Program-made: the position numbers and the translations under genes
Assembly: GCA_032718475.1 (NCBI GenBank)
Contig: JAUCBJ010006967.1
Location: forward strand, 41,570 to 105,569
Direction of reading: 5' to 3'
DNA length: 64,000 nt
DNA from: Nemertoderma westbladi
Lineage: Eukaryota > Animalia > Xenacoelomorpha
In this document: piece after piece, positions 11,700-23,235 of the stretch
Position numbering within the stretch: position 1 is the stretch's first letter
Layout: each line of letters begins with the position of its first letter
The notes under the pieces: model-generated
Databases searched by the model: none
What the model was told of the DNA's origin: nothing
The model's input: the letters and a program-made list of their open reading frames with translations, nothing else

Positions 11700-11975
11700 A
11701 TGTCAATTATTAAGGAATTAGATTTATTTTCTACACAGCCAATACAGACTGAATTTAAAGCAAAACATTATGAAACAATTTACCCTGTATCTAATCTCCG
11801 TAGCGAATCTAGGGAGGTCACCTTCCTTGTACCCAGATCCAATGAATTCTATACGAAACTGCAAGACGCGTTATTAATTACAAAATGTACAGTACGTTGG
11901 GATAGACGACTTGAAAACTCCCATATTTATATGCTGAATTACCCAGCTGAAACTATGTGGAGTGATATTAAAATT
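11700..11975 (+). pseudogene. Polinton major capsid protein N-terminus, truncated
   Basis: KELDLFSTQPIQT...YETIYPVSNL...VTFLVP...FYTKL...LNYPAETMWSDIKI matches the Maverick double-jelly-roll capsid N-terminus. Similarity ends after about 90 codons. Confidence 0.8.
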
Positions 11976-14340
11976 CTTTCAGTTTGTCTTACCTTTTTTT
12001 ATTATGGGATAACTGGATAGCTACTACTGGCGTTCCGTACTTTACGATATCAAGGAAAGCAATTACCTTCTATACACCATTGCCATATCCCCAGATTTTC
12101 ATACTTCAATAATAAATTGGCTGTTTGAGTAAATAAATAATTTGAATAATTGAACAGAAAGTAGCGGTGATTTTCTAATAGCAGTTAGAGATGTAAAACG
12201 TTTTATGCTTTTAATTAATAAACAACAATTTAGGAAATTATCATGAAACTGAAAGAAATACCTATTAAATACATAATCTGAAAATTTACTTCTGGAAAAA
12301 TTATAAAATATTAATGTTTCAGAATAATAGCTTCTGTTACATTTTTATGGTTAATATGTTTCCACGGGGAAAAATAATACTATTTCTATAAAAACGTTGT
12401 GATAATAAATTGTTAGATTTCGAATAAATCAATTAATATTTGTTAAATAATGACGGTACAGCTACCTTTGTATTTTGAATCTACATATGCAAAATTTAAT
12501 AACAAGAACCGCTATCTGCATTGATAAATAATTTTTAGCATTGATTCTTCCATATATTAAACATATAAATCCACTTAAATTATCTTTTAAAATAAAAGTG
12601 TAAGTCATTTTTCGATAATTTTAGAAATTACATTTTTTTAATTATTTTACCATTTAAATACATAGTAAATTAACAAAACTTAATATCCGTACAACTTAAT
12701 ATGTCTTCTAAGAGATGCGCTTGTTTTTAAATTTTCAGGATGCCCAATTTCTGTAAATTTTTGTCAGAATAGTACGGCTTGTATGAATAGCTGACCCCTA
12801 TGTTACATTTTGTGTCTCACTATATGTATAATTTATATATATGTTTACAATACAAACCGTCACAAAGTGCTACCTTATTTTCAAATTATATTTAGCATAT
12901 GGGACTATGATGTAAGTCACTCTTCTATAACGTTTAGTAAGCATAAAATCCTTGTGGGATGTCCGCCTATCTGTCTAATTCAATGTTTCAACATCAATAT
13001 TACAGCAATTATTTTTTTTATCTGTGCTCATGGATGAGAAAGATGTTCGGTAGATGACCCCCGCATCCGCAAAATGAAAGCATCCTTAAAGCTCTTTAAA
13101 TTGCAGCTTTTCCGTGCAGCTGTGGAGGAAATTACAACTAGTAATTTTGCGGCTCTATGGCAATCCTTGCTGGGCTCTCGCAGATTTACAGATGCTCCTC
13201 TTAGATATTGTAGCTGAAAACAGAACCTTGAATTGGAAAAAAAAATGCAGTACCAAACCAAATACTACATCATTTTGAATATGCCACGCAACCCGCAATA
13301 GTAAATACGATTCCATTTTCATGAGATTTCACTCTCTCTTTGGCACAAATTAATCCTAAATTAATGTAATTATTAATTAATACATAGATATTTTTATGAG
13401 AACCGATATTAATTGACTGTTTTCATTATACCTGTATTATAAAGTAGCACTTTACTTAGTCCTTTTCCAAGTGATCCAGAGATCGATAGTGGTAAAGTAC
13501 AGTAGGCCTACATATAACAACTAGGTATAATTAGTCAGAAACTACATGAGTTACTTAGCGAGGTAACCAAATGGTAAAGCCATGTAAAGAAGATTCAGGT
13601 TTAGGTTCAGTTTCATTGTAAAGCTCCCTAGCAATGTATCGTCTCTCTTGAATTTACAAATATATTATATTAGGCCAGTGCTACTCTTGTGCTACTGTAC
13701 AAGTAGTGCTATATAACAACAACAATTCATTGTTAACACTAACGGCGCTAAGTAAAGTTAAAATTTTTATTACTTAAATGAAGTAAAAGTAAATTAATTT
13801 AAAAATTCGACAATGAAACTACACACTGTGTAATCTACCTGTTTAGTGTTTATATCGTCGGTGATATGGCGAACAGCCAAAGTGCCATTTTAGCTAAAAT
13901 GAGGTTTTAACTGAAATTTGTACTAGAGTACCTTAGGGAGGTGTGATATAAACGCCAAAGTGATACTCACATCCACTGCTTCAGAAAAGAGATGTGTCTT
14001 AGCCAAAGTGAGAATTGCAAATTAAGAGTAGGAGTTGTGGTAAAAACGCCAATCGCTTCTGTCATGTTACTGTACAAGTGTATTTTTTGCTAAGAAAGCC
14101 CAAACTTGGTATGGCAAAAAAGCCAAAGCGATGACTTAACATAGTTTGCCAGTGTAGGCCTATATTCCGGCTGTAGTCCGGAGAATAAATGGTTGGCTAA
14201 ACTTTCAGTTTGTATTGAAATTCATTATAAAACATCATACTGGCTGCTACAATTCCATTGTAGCATTTAGCTCGTGTTCCTGTAGCTATTATTAGTTTGT
14301 TTGTTGGTGGCTGAATGCCTGGGTTTGTGGCTAGTTTGTA

Positions 14341-15120
14341 ACATGGTGCGTAACTAGAGAAACATGGTGTAACTAGAAAAACAAGGTGTAACTAAAGAAA
14401 CATGGTGTAACTAGAGAAACATGGTGTAACTAGAGAAACATGGTGTAACTAGAGAAACATGGTGTAACTAGAGAAACATGGTGTAACTAGAGAAACATGG
14501 TGTAACTAGAGAAACATGGTGTAACTAGAGAAACATGGTGTAACTAGAGAAACATGGTGTAACTAGAGAAACATGGTGTAACTAGAGAAACATGGTGTAA
14601 CTAGAGAAACATGGTGTAACTAGAGAAACATGGTGTAACTAGAGAAACATGGTGTAACTACAGAAACATGGTGTAACTAGAGAAACATTATGTAACTTGA
14701 GAAACATGGTGTAACTAGAGAAACATGGTGTAACTAGAGAAACATGGTGTAACTAGAGAAACATGGTGTAACTAAAGAAACATGGTGTAACTAGAGAAAC
14801 ATGGTGAAACTAGTGCAACATGGTGAAACTAGTGTAAAATTGTGTAACCAGTGTAAAATGGTGTAACTAGTGTAAAATGGTGTAACTAGTGTAACATGGT
14901 GTAACTAGTGTAACATGGTGTAACTAGTGTAAAATGGTGTAACTAGAGAAACATGGTGAAACTAGTGCAACATGGTGTAACTAGTGTAAAATGGTGTAAC
15001 CAGTGTAAAATGGTGTAACTAGTATAAAATGGTGTAACTAGTGTAAAATGGTGTATCTAGTGTAACATGGTGTAACTAGTGTAACATGGTGTAACTAGTG
15101 TAAAATGGTGTAACTAGTGC
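14341..15120 (+). repeat. Minisatellite: 19-bp unit CATGGTGTAACTAGAGAAA switching to 18-bp unit (A/C)ATGGTGTAACTAGTGTA
   Basis: Homogeneous 19-bp period to about 14810, then an 18-bp variant. Confidence 0.95.
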
Positions 15121-16059
15121 AATGAAAAAAGAATTAGTGTATGAAAAAAGAATTATTTTCTGAAATATCATCTTCATGCTGCAATTTTTGCAAAAATTAA
15201 ACACAAAAATGTGATTATCTCGAAATTATATTTTTGCACCTTAGTTGATTTTCCATATCACAGCACCGACGATATTATTGCACTCTTCACTATGAAATCC
15301 TCGTTTCACTTGGATTTTAAAACAACTTCCACTTGAATTTATTTCTAGATTACTCTACATGAAATAAAAATGTTAATTAAAAGGTCAGTTTTTTCAAGCA
15401 CTACTTCTTACAATACAGCTCATAGATTCGGAATAAATACTTTGCAGCTATTTGTAATATTCCTAGTAATTTAAGGGACAAGCTTGTTTTAAATTAATCA
15501 GAAACAATATTTTTGGAAAATTTTGCACAAAATTCCGTACGCAAGTAGCTTGTTTTAGTTGTTTTCATGTAATAATTCAAATTGCCAGAATACAAACCGT
15601 CAAAAAAAGCTACGCAACATTTGGGCTTGTATACCTGTTAGTTAGTTACTTAATTACTCGATTATATGATTACTAATTAGCTTTATTATCCAGCTTGTAT
15701 AACCATATCGAAATTTAATTGTTTTGCGTTATTGTATCACGCTAAATGGGGTTATCAACTAGCTTGTCAGATTATGGTAGCATTGTAGCCACTTTGTCAC
15801 CATTGCTACCTAAGTAGCAAGGGTGCCACTCATGGTAGCTGAACCGACAGTTTCATATTCTGCATAGGTAGCAAGGACGCCAGTCCCTTTTTAGTGAGAA
15901 TGGCGTCCTTGCTACGTTTTGTGTCCATATATATATAAAATTAAATCAATTTATCAAGAGATTAAATAATATTGTATAATCTGAGGCGAATCGGAGCAGC
16001 ACTTAAGCTGCTTAGCGATAGTCCAGGCATTATTAAAAAATAACGGAAAGATAAACCAA

Positions 16060-16375
16060 TACGAAAAAAAAGGCAATTAAATACTGGTATTGAAGAAAAA
16101 GATAATAAAAACCAGTAAGAAAAAGGCAAGTAAATCATGGTAATAAAAAAGGAAAGTCAAAAATTTTATAGGTAATAAAGAAAAAATGAATTGTAAAACC
16201 CAGGTAAAAAAAGGCATTTTAAAACTGGTGATAAAATAAGAATGTCAAAACTAATAATAAGAAATGGGAAGAAAAACAGTAAGAAAAAACGGCAAGTAAA
16301 GTCTGGTGGTATGCCTAATAAAAAAGGAAAGTAAAAACTGGAAATTGGTAATAGAAAAGGAAAGTAAAAACTGAT
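16060..16375 (+). repeat. Degenerate ~30-bp A-rich tandem repeat
   Basis: Recurrent AAAAAAGG(C/A)AAGTAAAACTGGTAATAA-like units. Confidence 0.6.
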
Positions 16376-16537
16376 AGATTGCACAACCACTGATAACTCC
16401 TTGGTTTGGCCACTGGTTCCTATTGCTACTTTGACCTTTCTATCTAAACCATGTACCGGTACTTCACACATTCGTTTAAGTCTCTCTCTATGGGTTGTGA
16501 ACTCATAACTATAACATATATAACTCATAACATAACA

Positions 16538-17995
16538 ATTTTTGATCAATCTCCATGCCTGGGATGATTGCCTGCTGTCGTCAGCATCATTGATGGCATC
16601 AACCTGTTGGTTTATTAGCTCCTGTAAATTGACAGAGTACTGCCTGTTCCGGGACGTAGATGCAGCCTTAACTGCATTCTTGGCCGCTGTAGTCTGTTTG
16701 AGTCGGGACTCTTTCTGTGCCTTGTAGAGGTTATTTCGGCACTTCTGAATTTTGTTGTCAGTCCAGGGGGCGGCCCGTTTCCTGTTTCGAGGGTATACGG
16801 GAACTGTTTCTGAAGCTGCTAACTTAACTGCCTCTGTGAAGGCAGTATAGCCCTCACAGTGATCAGCCACCTCAGAGGCAAGAACCTCATACCTGTTGCT
16901 CAGCTGTAGTGTGAAGCTGGATCTCAAACTTGGCTGTTGCAACAGAGAGGACCAGTCATGCCGCGGCAAGGCAGATTTTGTTGTTCTGCTAGCACGCAGA
17001 CTAAGTCTTACCTTGGCCACAATAAGGCGGTGATCACTGGAGAAGGGTCGTAGTGTAAATGCATTACAGTCTTGTATAGAGCTCCTGTATTTCCTACGAA
17101 ACAGGATATGATCTATCTGGGACTTGTGACCACTGGGTCCACTATGAGTCCATAGCTTTCCAGTTTGCTTCTTGAACTGGGTTCCAGCCGAAAACAATCC
17201 ATTTCCAGAGATAAAATCCTGAAGATGGACGGAATTTCGGTTAACACTATTGCTATAGACCCAGGGCGATGTAGGTGATTGATGCAGACTTGCATTAAAG
17301 TCTCCCTGGAATGTTAAGAAATTTTGCTGATCCACTTCATCAGTAGCTGCTTGTAGATTCTGGTAGAAATTTTCCACTTCCTCTACAGGGGCAACACGAG
17401 TTGGAGAGTAGCACACAATCAGAACCACCTTAGGAAACTTCTTAGCCAGTCTTCCAGAACATGAGAAGTGGCAACGGATGATGCGGTTAGAGATTTGGTC
17501 TATTTTGTCCAATGCTGCATGTGCAGTTGGATTCATCAATAGACCAATTCCACCATTGCCACTATCATCTGCTGAATGCGATGGCGAGTCGCCAACCGCC
17601 CCCCATGTCCTTAATCAGAACATCACCAGTCTGTCCAGTCTGCATTCGGTGCTCTTGAACACCCACTGCACTAAGAGAAAGCTTATCTGCCAAGGCAGTC
17701 AGCTCACCTTGTCGCTTTGGGGACCCGAGTGTTAGGGTGTTTACTGAGGCTAGTCTAGTGACTTGCATCAGATTCACCAATGGCTTTGTTGGTTGGGGTG
17801 GAACATGAGAGTAGCCTCCAACTCCAGAATCCCTCTCCCCCTCACAATCTGGCCTCCTTGGTTACCCAGGGTTTGGGCCAGAAAGGGCATCAGGAAAGGG
17901 ACTCAAAGAATTGTTTGCCGCTCTCTCTCCAGTAGGGGGTGAGACAGGCAGCCGGTCAGGAGATAACTGACGCCTGTGAGGCTGATTGTGTCCAT
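16538..17995 (-). pseudogene. RTE-type LINE 5' fragment encoding AP endonuclease, frameshifted and 3' truncated
   Basis: LASVNTLTL, VGVQEHR, CYSPT, GDFNA, SQIDHILF and SDHRLIVAKVRLSLR motifs. Frameshift near 17565. Homology stops before RT at about 16538. Confidence 0.88.
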
Positions 17996-18319
17996 AAATA
18001 TATTACATTACATATATTACATAAATATAAATTTAAAACAAAACATAAATGCAAATTAAATCTAAAATAACCTGTTAAAAACCAAAAGTAATTTTGCTAA
18101 TGATGGGAAACTAATTCGAGTCTGATAGGGTTAGTCAATTTTTTTATCATTTTTGAATAGATTTAATTATTGTTTTCAACTATAATACATAATCAATTCA
18201 TAAATTTCAAAACACTTACTCTTATATGGTCTAGTGAGAAAAAGAGCGACGTGAACTGCCACGACGAAAATACGTGATATGATAATGGCCATGAGGTACC
18301 GAACATAGAACAAATATAA

Positions 18320-19230
18320 TGTGCAATCAATCCACCCTATGTCAAGTTTCCTCTGGGCCTCAATCACAGAATGAAGAATTTTCTCATCCTTCACAAGAAA
18401 CATGGCATCTGCTGGAGTCTTATCATGAAACTCAATCATTGAGTTTACCTCCTTCTCCTGTCTCTCTAGAGATGAACAAAGGGTGGTAGTTTTGCAGAAT
18501 CTCTTGATAGCCTCTCTGGCCAAGGAGATCTTGGATCGTAGGTGAGATGATATTTCATCTGCTGCACCAGTTGATCCAGATCTGAACTGAAAGAACCGCA
18601 GTAGGCACTTCAGGTGGCCATCTAAACTTTCACCCTTTGTGGAGAACCTATACATGGGTCGGATCAAACCTTAGGTCAAAATCATGTATAGCAAGCTTGC
18701 TCTTAACTGATTGCACACCCCAGTTATAGCCAGGTGTGACACCCTTCCCAACCACCTCTTCGCAATCACTATCATCATCAATAACTCTGGGGCATTTAGG
18801 AGGTGGTATGATCTCTCCTTCACTATCAACATCATCTGAGGAAAAACAAAAATCCAAGTTCCTCCAACAACCTTTATCCTTAAGGACAGAGTCGCACCTT
18901 GCAAGGATGACTGAACAAGGGGTGGTAGGGGAAGGCAAGTTTATCATTGAAGGTGATGCTGAAAGTGAAGGAAGATATACAACAATCTGCCCCTCATTAA
19001 GGTCTCCGTTGCCAATACCAGTGGGACTGGTTGCAGTTACCGTACTGGTAATAAGTTGACTAGACCTAAAATTTGCAGCATAACTGCTATTAGTGGTACT
19101 AGTAGTGCCCATTAACAGTGGCACTAACAGTGGTACTGATTGGTACACTAGACGGAGCTCTAGAAGTACCACTAATATCAGCTTGCAAAACCCCATCACA
19201 AGTAATGGAGCCTCTGATACCACTACCTGC
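18320..19230 (-). pseudogene. Unidentified frameshifted coding remnant (Ser/Thr-rich, acidic patch)
   Basis: Overlapping ORFs 18648-19223 and 18176-18667 in higher-GC sequence with protein-like content (PCSVILARCD, SSDDVDSEGE). Family not recognised. Confidence 0.3.
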
Positions 19231-19489
19231 CTATGTTTCTATATTTTATAAAGTCATTGCCTCTTAATGATATAACTTTGTTTAGGACACCCTTATCAAC
19301 TTTTTTATTTGTATTTTTATTGGTATTTGCCCCGAGAGCTGACTCGGCAAAAAAGCACCCCCCAACCCCCACTATGGATTACATTAGCAATGCGGAGGTC
19401 CGGCCACTAGAGGCCAGTGGAATTACCGGACACAATCGGACAATCATTTTCACATATATACATATAATAAATACAATGCAATTATACGA

Positions 19490-19770
19490 ATTCAGTTCAT
19501 ATAGGTATCAAGTATAATTGCTTTATTTTCAGTTACTTTTACACATTTCATAAAGGTATTAAGTATAATTGCAGTAATTCAAGTTTCTTTTTTACTCAGT
19601 TCATAAAGATGCCAAATATAATTGCTTTACTCAAGCAAGTATAATTGCAGTAATTCAAGGTACTTTTTTACTCAGTTCATAAAGGTGTCAAATATAATTG
19701 CTCTACTCCAGTTAATTTTATTCAGTTCATAAAGGTTTAGAATTATAATTGCACAATTTCAATTTACTTT
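19490..19770 (+). repeat. Degenerate ~40-55-bp tandem repeat
   Basis: Recurring CAGTTCATAAAGGT.T.AAGTATAATTGC units. Confidence 0.65.
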
Positions 19771-20984
19771 TATTTCCAATATCTTGCTGAATGTTTGATA
19801 CATCTGATGCAGAAAACAATATTTGTTTTTGTCAAGGATTTGCAGAAATCGTCTGTCTTAGAGGAAGAAAATAACGTAACTCATTAAAATCGTAACTCTT
19901 TCAATCTCTGACTAAATTATACCAAACTTGGTAAACATGTAATCTTGTCTATCGGCTAAAATAAACACAATTTGCTAAAATTTCCCCTATAATGTTTTTT
20001 TTCCTATAGAGCAATCTTATACATTGACAAGACTTATAAAATAATTGATGTTGAATAATTATTATTAAGATTAAAATATATTATTATGACCCTCCAACCG
20101 GTTGCTTCCCACTCCCAGACAGTCACCGACCCAGCCCTATAGGTTCACGAGGCAAAGCGGTTCCTGTCCGTAGAAACTGCGACTCTGAAGTAAGCGATAG
20201 TATCTCCGGATCGCGATAGATATTCCTTTTTGTAGAGAGTTGATGAGTTTATGATACAGGGGAGGTTGTTGTAAAACACAAAGACAACCTCATCGGTTCT
20301 GGTTGACTTAGAATGGACAGTTCTTCAGTATTACTCTAATATAAAATGTTTATACAGTATAAAGGGTTTGCTTTAAGAAACTGGGGAATACCAGTCACTC
20401 TGTCCACTGGAAAACTTAAATATGGCTACTGCAAGCTATAATCTAAATAAGTTAATTATAAATTGCATTTGCATACCTGCCCACTGCCTGAAACCAAACT
20501 GTTGTGTTGGAGACACACTCGTTATATGCAACTTCAGCGGCTCAAAGACCCGTTGACCCATTTCATCCACCGTTGAATTCGACGACTTGAACCAGCCACA
20601 GATATCCCATCCTCCCCCCATAGCGAGCGACCTCCGCTTGAACATGAGCACGAAGTTCCTCATTGCTAATCTTCTGATCAATACACTATATTGGAAGGAA
20701 GTTTAATAATATAATTATACGAAGTTCTACTATTTAATATTGTTACTATTACTACTATAAGTAAGCATCCAACTCATCTTAGCCTTAAAAAAATTATCAG
20801 ACGACTAATATAAGTGTAAATAATTTTGCTTAGAATTTGCATACCATGTAATAGGGACCTTACGCTTACATGTATGCAGTAGCGTGTGGGCGTAGCAATT
20901 GGTGCAGGCGTAGGTGTGAAATCTTATGTCGGATATTCTTATTTAATTTCGATAAATGTACGTTTTCAAAAGTTCTATTATGGT

Positions 20985-21712
20985 AATTCTAATACGCTAG
21001 CAGATGCACAGCTTCTACTAAATAAAGTGGAGAGGGCTGCTAAGGAGGTTGGATTGCATATAAATGCTACAAAGACCGAATTCATGACCTTTAATGTTGA
21101 TGGAAACTTGACAACCATTGATATTAATCAACTAAGGAAGGTCGATGACTTCCAGTACCTTGGATCATGGATAGAGAGTAACAAAAAGGACATAGAAGTT
21201 AGGAAAGCAAAGGCTTGGGTAGCTCTATCAAAAATGGATACCATCTGGAAATCAGATCTTTCCAGGCACCTGAAGACTAAGTTCTTTCGAGCCACAGTGG
21301 AAAGTGTATTTTTATACGGGGGTGAGACCTGGACAGGATACTGACTAAATCACTTGAACAACGAATTGATGGTTGCTACACAAGACTACTAAGGGCAGCC
21401 CTAAACATCAGCTGGAGACAACACATGACAAACGCCGAACAATACTACCTGTGTCAACCACCCTCTGTGAACGCAGATTAAGATTCAGTGGGCACTGCTG
21501 GCAAAGTAAAGACGAGGTCATACCAGATCTACATCCCTGGCAACAAACTCATGGAAAGCGTAGTCGTGGGAGACCGGCCATAACATATAGATCAACTTGA
21601 AAGGGATACTGAACTTGGGAGAAACGAAATTGCGACAACTATGGAGAATCGGGAAGCCTGGAAGGATCTCATTTCCACTGTCCGAGTTCGCTCGACCTAG
21701 TAGTAGTAGTAT
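20985..21712 (+). pseudogene. RTE-type LINE 3' fragment (RT C-terminus, TAG-repeat tail)
   Basis: GLHINATKTEFM, FQYLGS, KAKAWVAL, ATVESVFLYGGETWT, RRLRFSGHC, GKRSRGRP. Frameshifts. Ends in (TAG)n at about 21698-21712. Confidence 0.9.
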
Positions 21713-22260
21713 TATTATGGTAATTAAAATATTCATCATTAGGCGTCCTACTAACAGCCTCATTTAATATAAAAACATTAATTGGACATTCTTAAAAGTG
21801 AATTATCATGAAGTAGGCCTACTTTTTACAAATACAAAAAATTATGTGGTAGTCAACTCAACTCGCAAAGTATTACTGAACCTATATTCCATTTGTCTAT
21901 ACATACAGTTGATCTAGGAAACATTACATATCAATGCTAAAATACCAATGCTGTTTAAATATATTCATAAACTAATTACTAACGTTCAAGTACTCTCCTT
22001 CTATGAACAACAGTGTGAATGAGTTCGAATTGAAGGGCTCCTGTCGCAGAGGCAACCCCTTCTCGTTGACAGCCTGTGGAATATCAATAGCTGTCGATAT
22101 TGCCCACCTCCTTTCCTTTGAATTTGTTGTGGAATAACAGGGACACGTATGGAACAAACCATACGTGCCCTGACACATCACCCCAGTACAAACTGAGGTT
22201 AGCCGAATCTACAATTAAAAATAGTAACAGCACTGTCTGTAGTCTGTAGTCGCACTGTCT

Positions 22261-22617
22261 TCAGTCCATCTTATCCTTATCGGCCACATCTGTGGACGCG
22301 ATTTCGGCCACTCCCGTTTCTTCGCCGTTCAGTGCTTCCTCGCCGTTCGGCACTTCCTTGCCGTTCGGCGCTCCCGCGACGTTGCCAGGTGCCGCGCTGT
22401 TTGTCTGTCCCGCGCCGTGACGAGGTGCCGCGCTGTATTGCGCTCTCTCGACACGTCTGTAAGCTCTCCCACTGCGTCCTCGTCGACAGCCCTGTCCGCG
22501 ACCCCGGACCACGGTTATCTCTCTTCTCGGTGGCTCCTCAGTTGCTTCAGCAAAGTGATTTTGGGTTATCGCTACCCGGCAATGACTGATATTTATTGCG
22601 CTGTATTTGTCAGCCAT
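22261..22617 (-). other. GC-rich short ORF with 18-bp internal repeats, origin unknown
   Basis: 118-aa ORF with RG-rich stretch and APNGKE/VPNGEE/ALNGEE repeats, next to the PIF1 fragment. Confidence 0.3.
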
Positions 22618-22756
22618 AATAATAATCCACTGTATACTTGTTTTAACACTCTTTTAATTTTGTTTTAACACTCTTTTAATTTTATATAAAGTTAGTTAAT
22701 TTTTTTAGAAAATACTTTAATTAATATCTATAATTACTTCAAAAGCCTACTTATTA

Positions 22757-23228
22757 CTAAAAAATGTTTGCTTTAACGATTTCATTGTGTTTTTTTTTGT
22801 TTTTATTTGATTTAATTTTTTTTATTTGATCTGCCTTCCTTGTTCCAACAATTCTAACAGCTTCTTGGGGTACTTCATTCCATGAGGTAACAAACTTGGC
22901 ATTAGCCATTATGTTATTTACAATCAGATGTTGTTCTGATGGAGGAATGGTGGTCTGCGTCATCAATTCCAAAGTATTTTGAAGATGAATATCTGATGCA
23001 GCACGGACATAATGTTTCAGCTGAATAACTTTGAAAGAAGTAATGAGATTTGTAGACATAAATATAGGACGGCCATATATAGTGGGTAACTGGTGTTGAT
23101 CACCATTCATAATAAGTAGTTTACCTCCAAATGGTAAATCATTACTCATTATATTCTTCATTGTTGTGTCCAGAATACCATAAAATTATGCAGAGATGAG
23201 ACCTACTTCTTCCAGAATAAATACATTT
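22757..23228 (-). pseudogene. PIF1-family helicase fragment (likely TE-derived)
   Basis: VFILEEVGLISA* Walker B region, PFGGKLLIMNGDQHQLPTI motif III, IQLKHYVRA motif IV. In-frame stop, and cut off at about 23228. Confidence 0.8.
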
Positions 23229-23235
23229 GTTCGTT

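Larger units (their letters stand above)
2603..11975 (+). mobile_element. Degenerate Polinton/Maverick (adintovirus-like) element, internally deleted and right-truncated
   Basis: Co-oriented, intronless, tightly packed ATPase, pX-like, integrase, two pentons, core-like and major capsid ORFs. No pPolB or adenain protease is visible. The left boundary is tentative (AGTAGT at 2603-2608 resembles Polinton termini) and no right TIR was found. Confidence 0.85.

Noticed and set aside
16166-16537. Hydrophobic C-terminus of the 457-aa LINE ORF
   Set aside because: Read-through into unrelated A-rich repeats after truncation.
19312-19440. GC-rich hairpin-forming segment, possible ribozyme or SINE
   Set aside because: No complete HDV or hammerhead core and no Pol III A/B boxes could be assigned.
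20090-20330. Minus-strand WD40-like peptide VAVSTDRNRFAS*TYRAGSVTVWEW
   Set aside because: Short, contains a stop, and has no supporting exons. May be chance.
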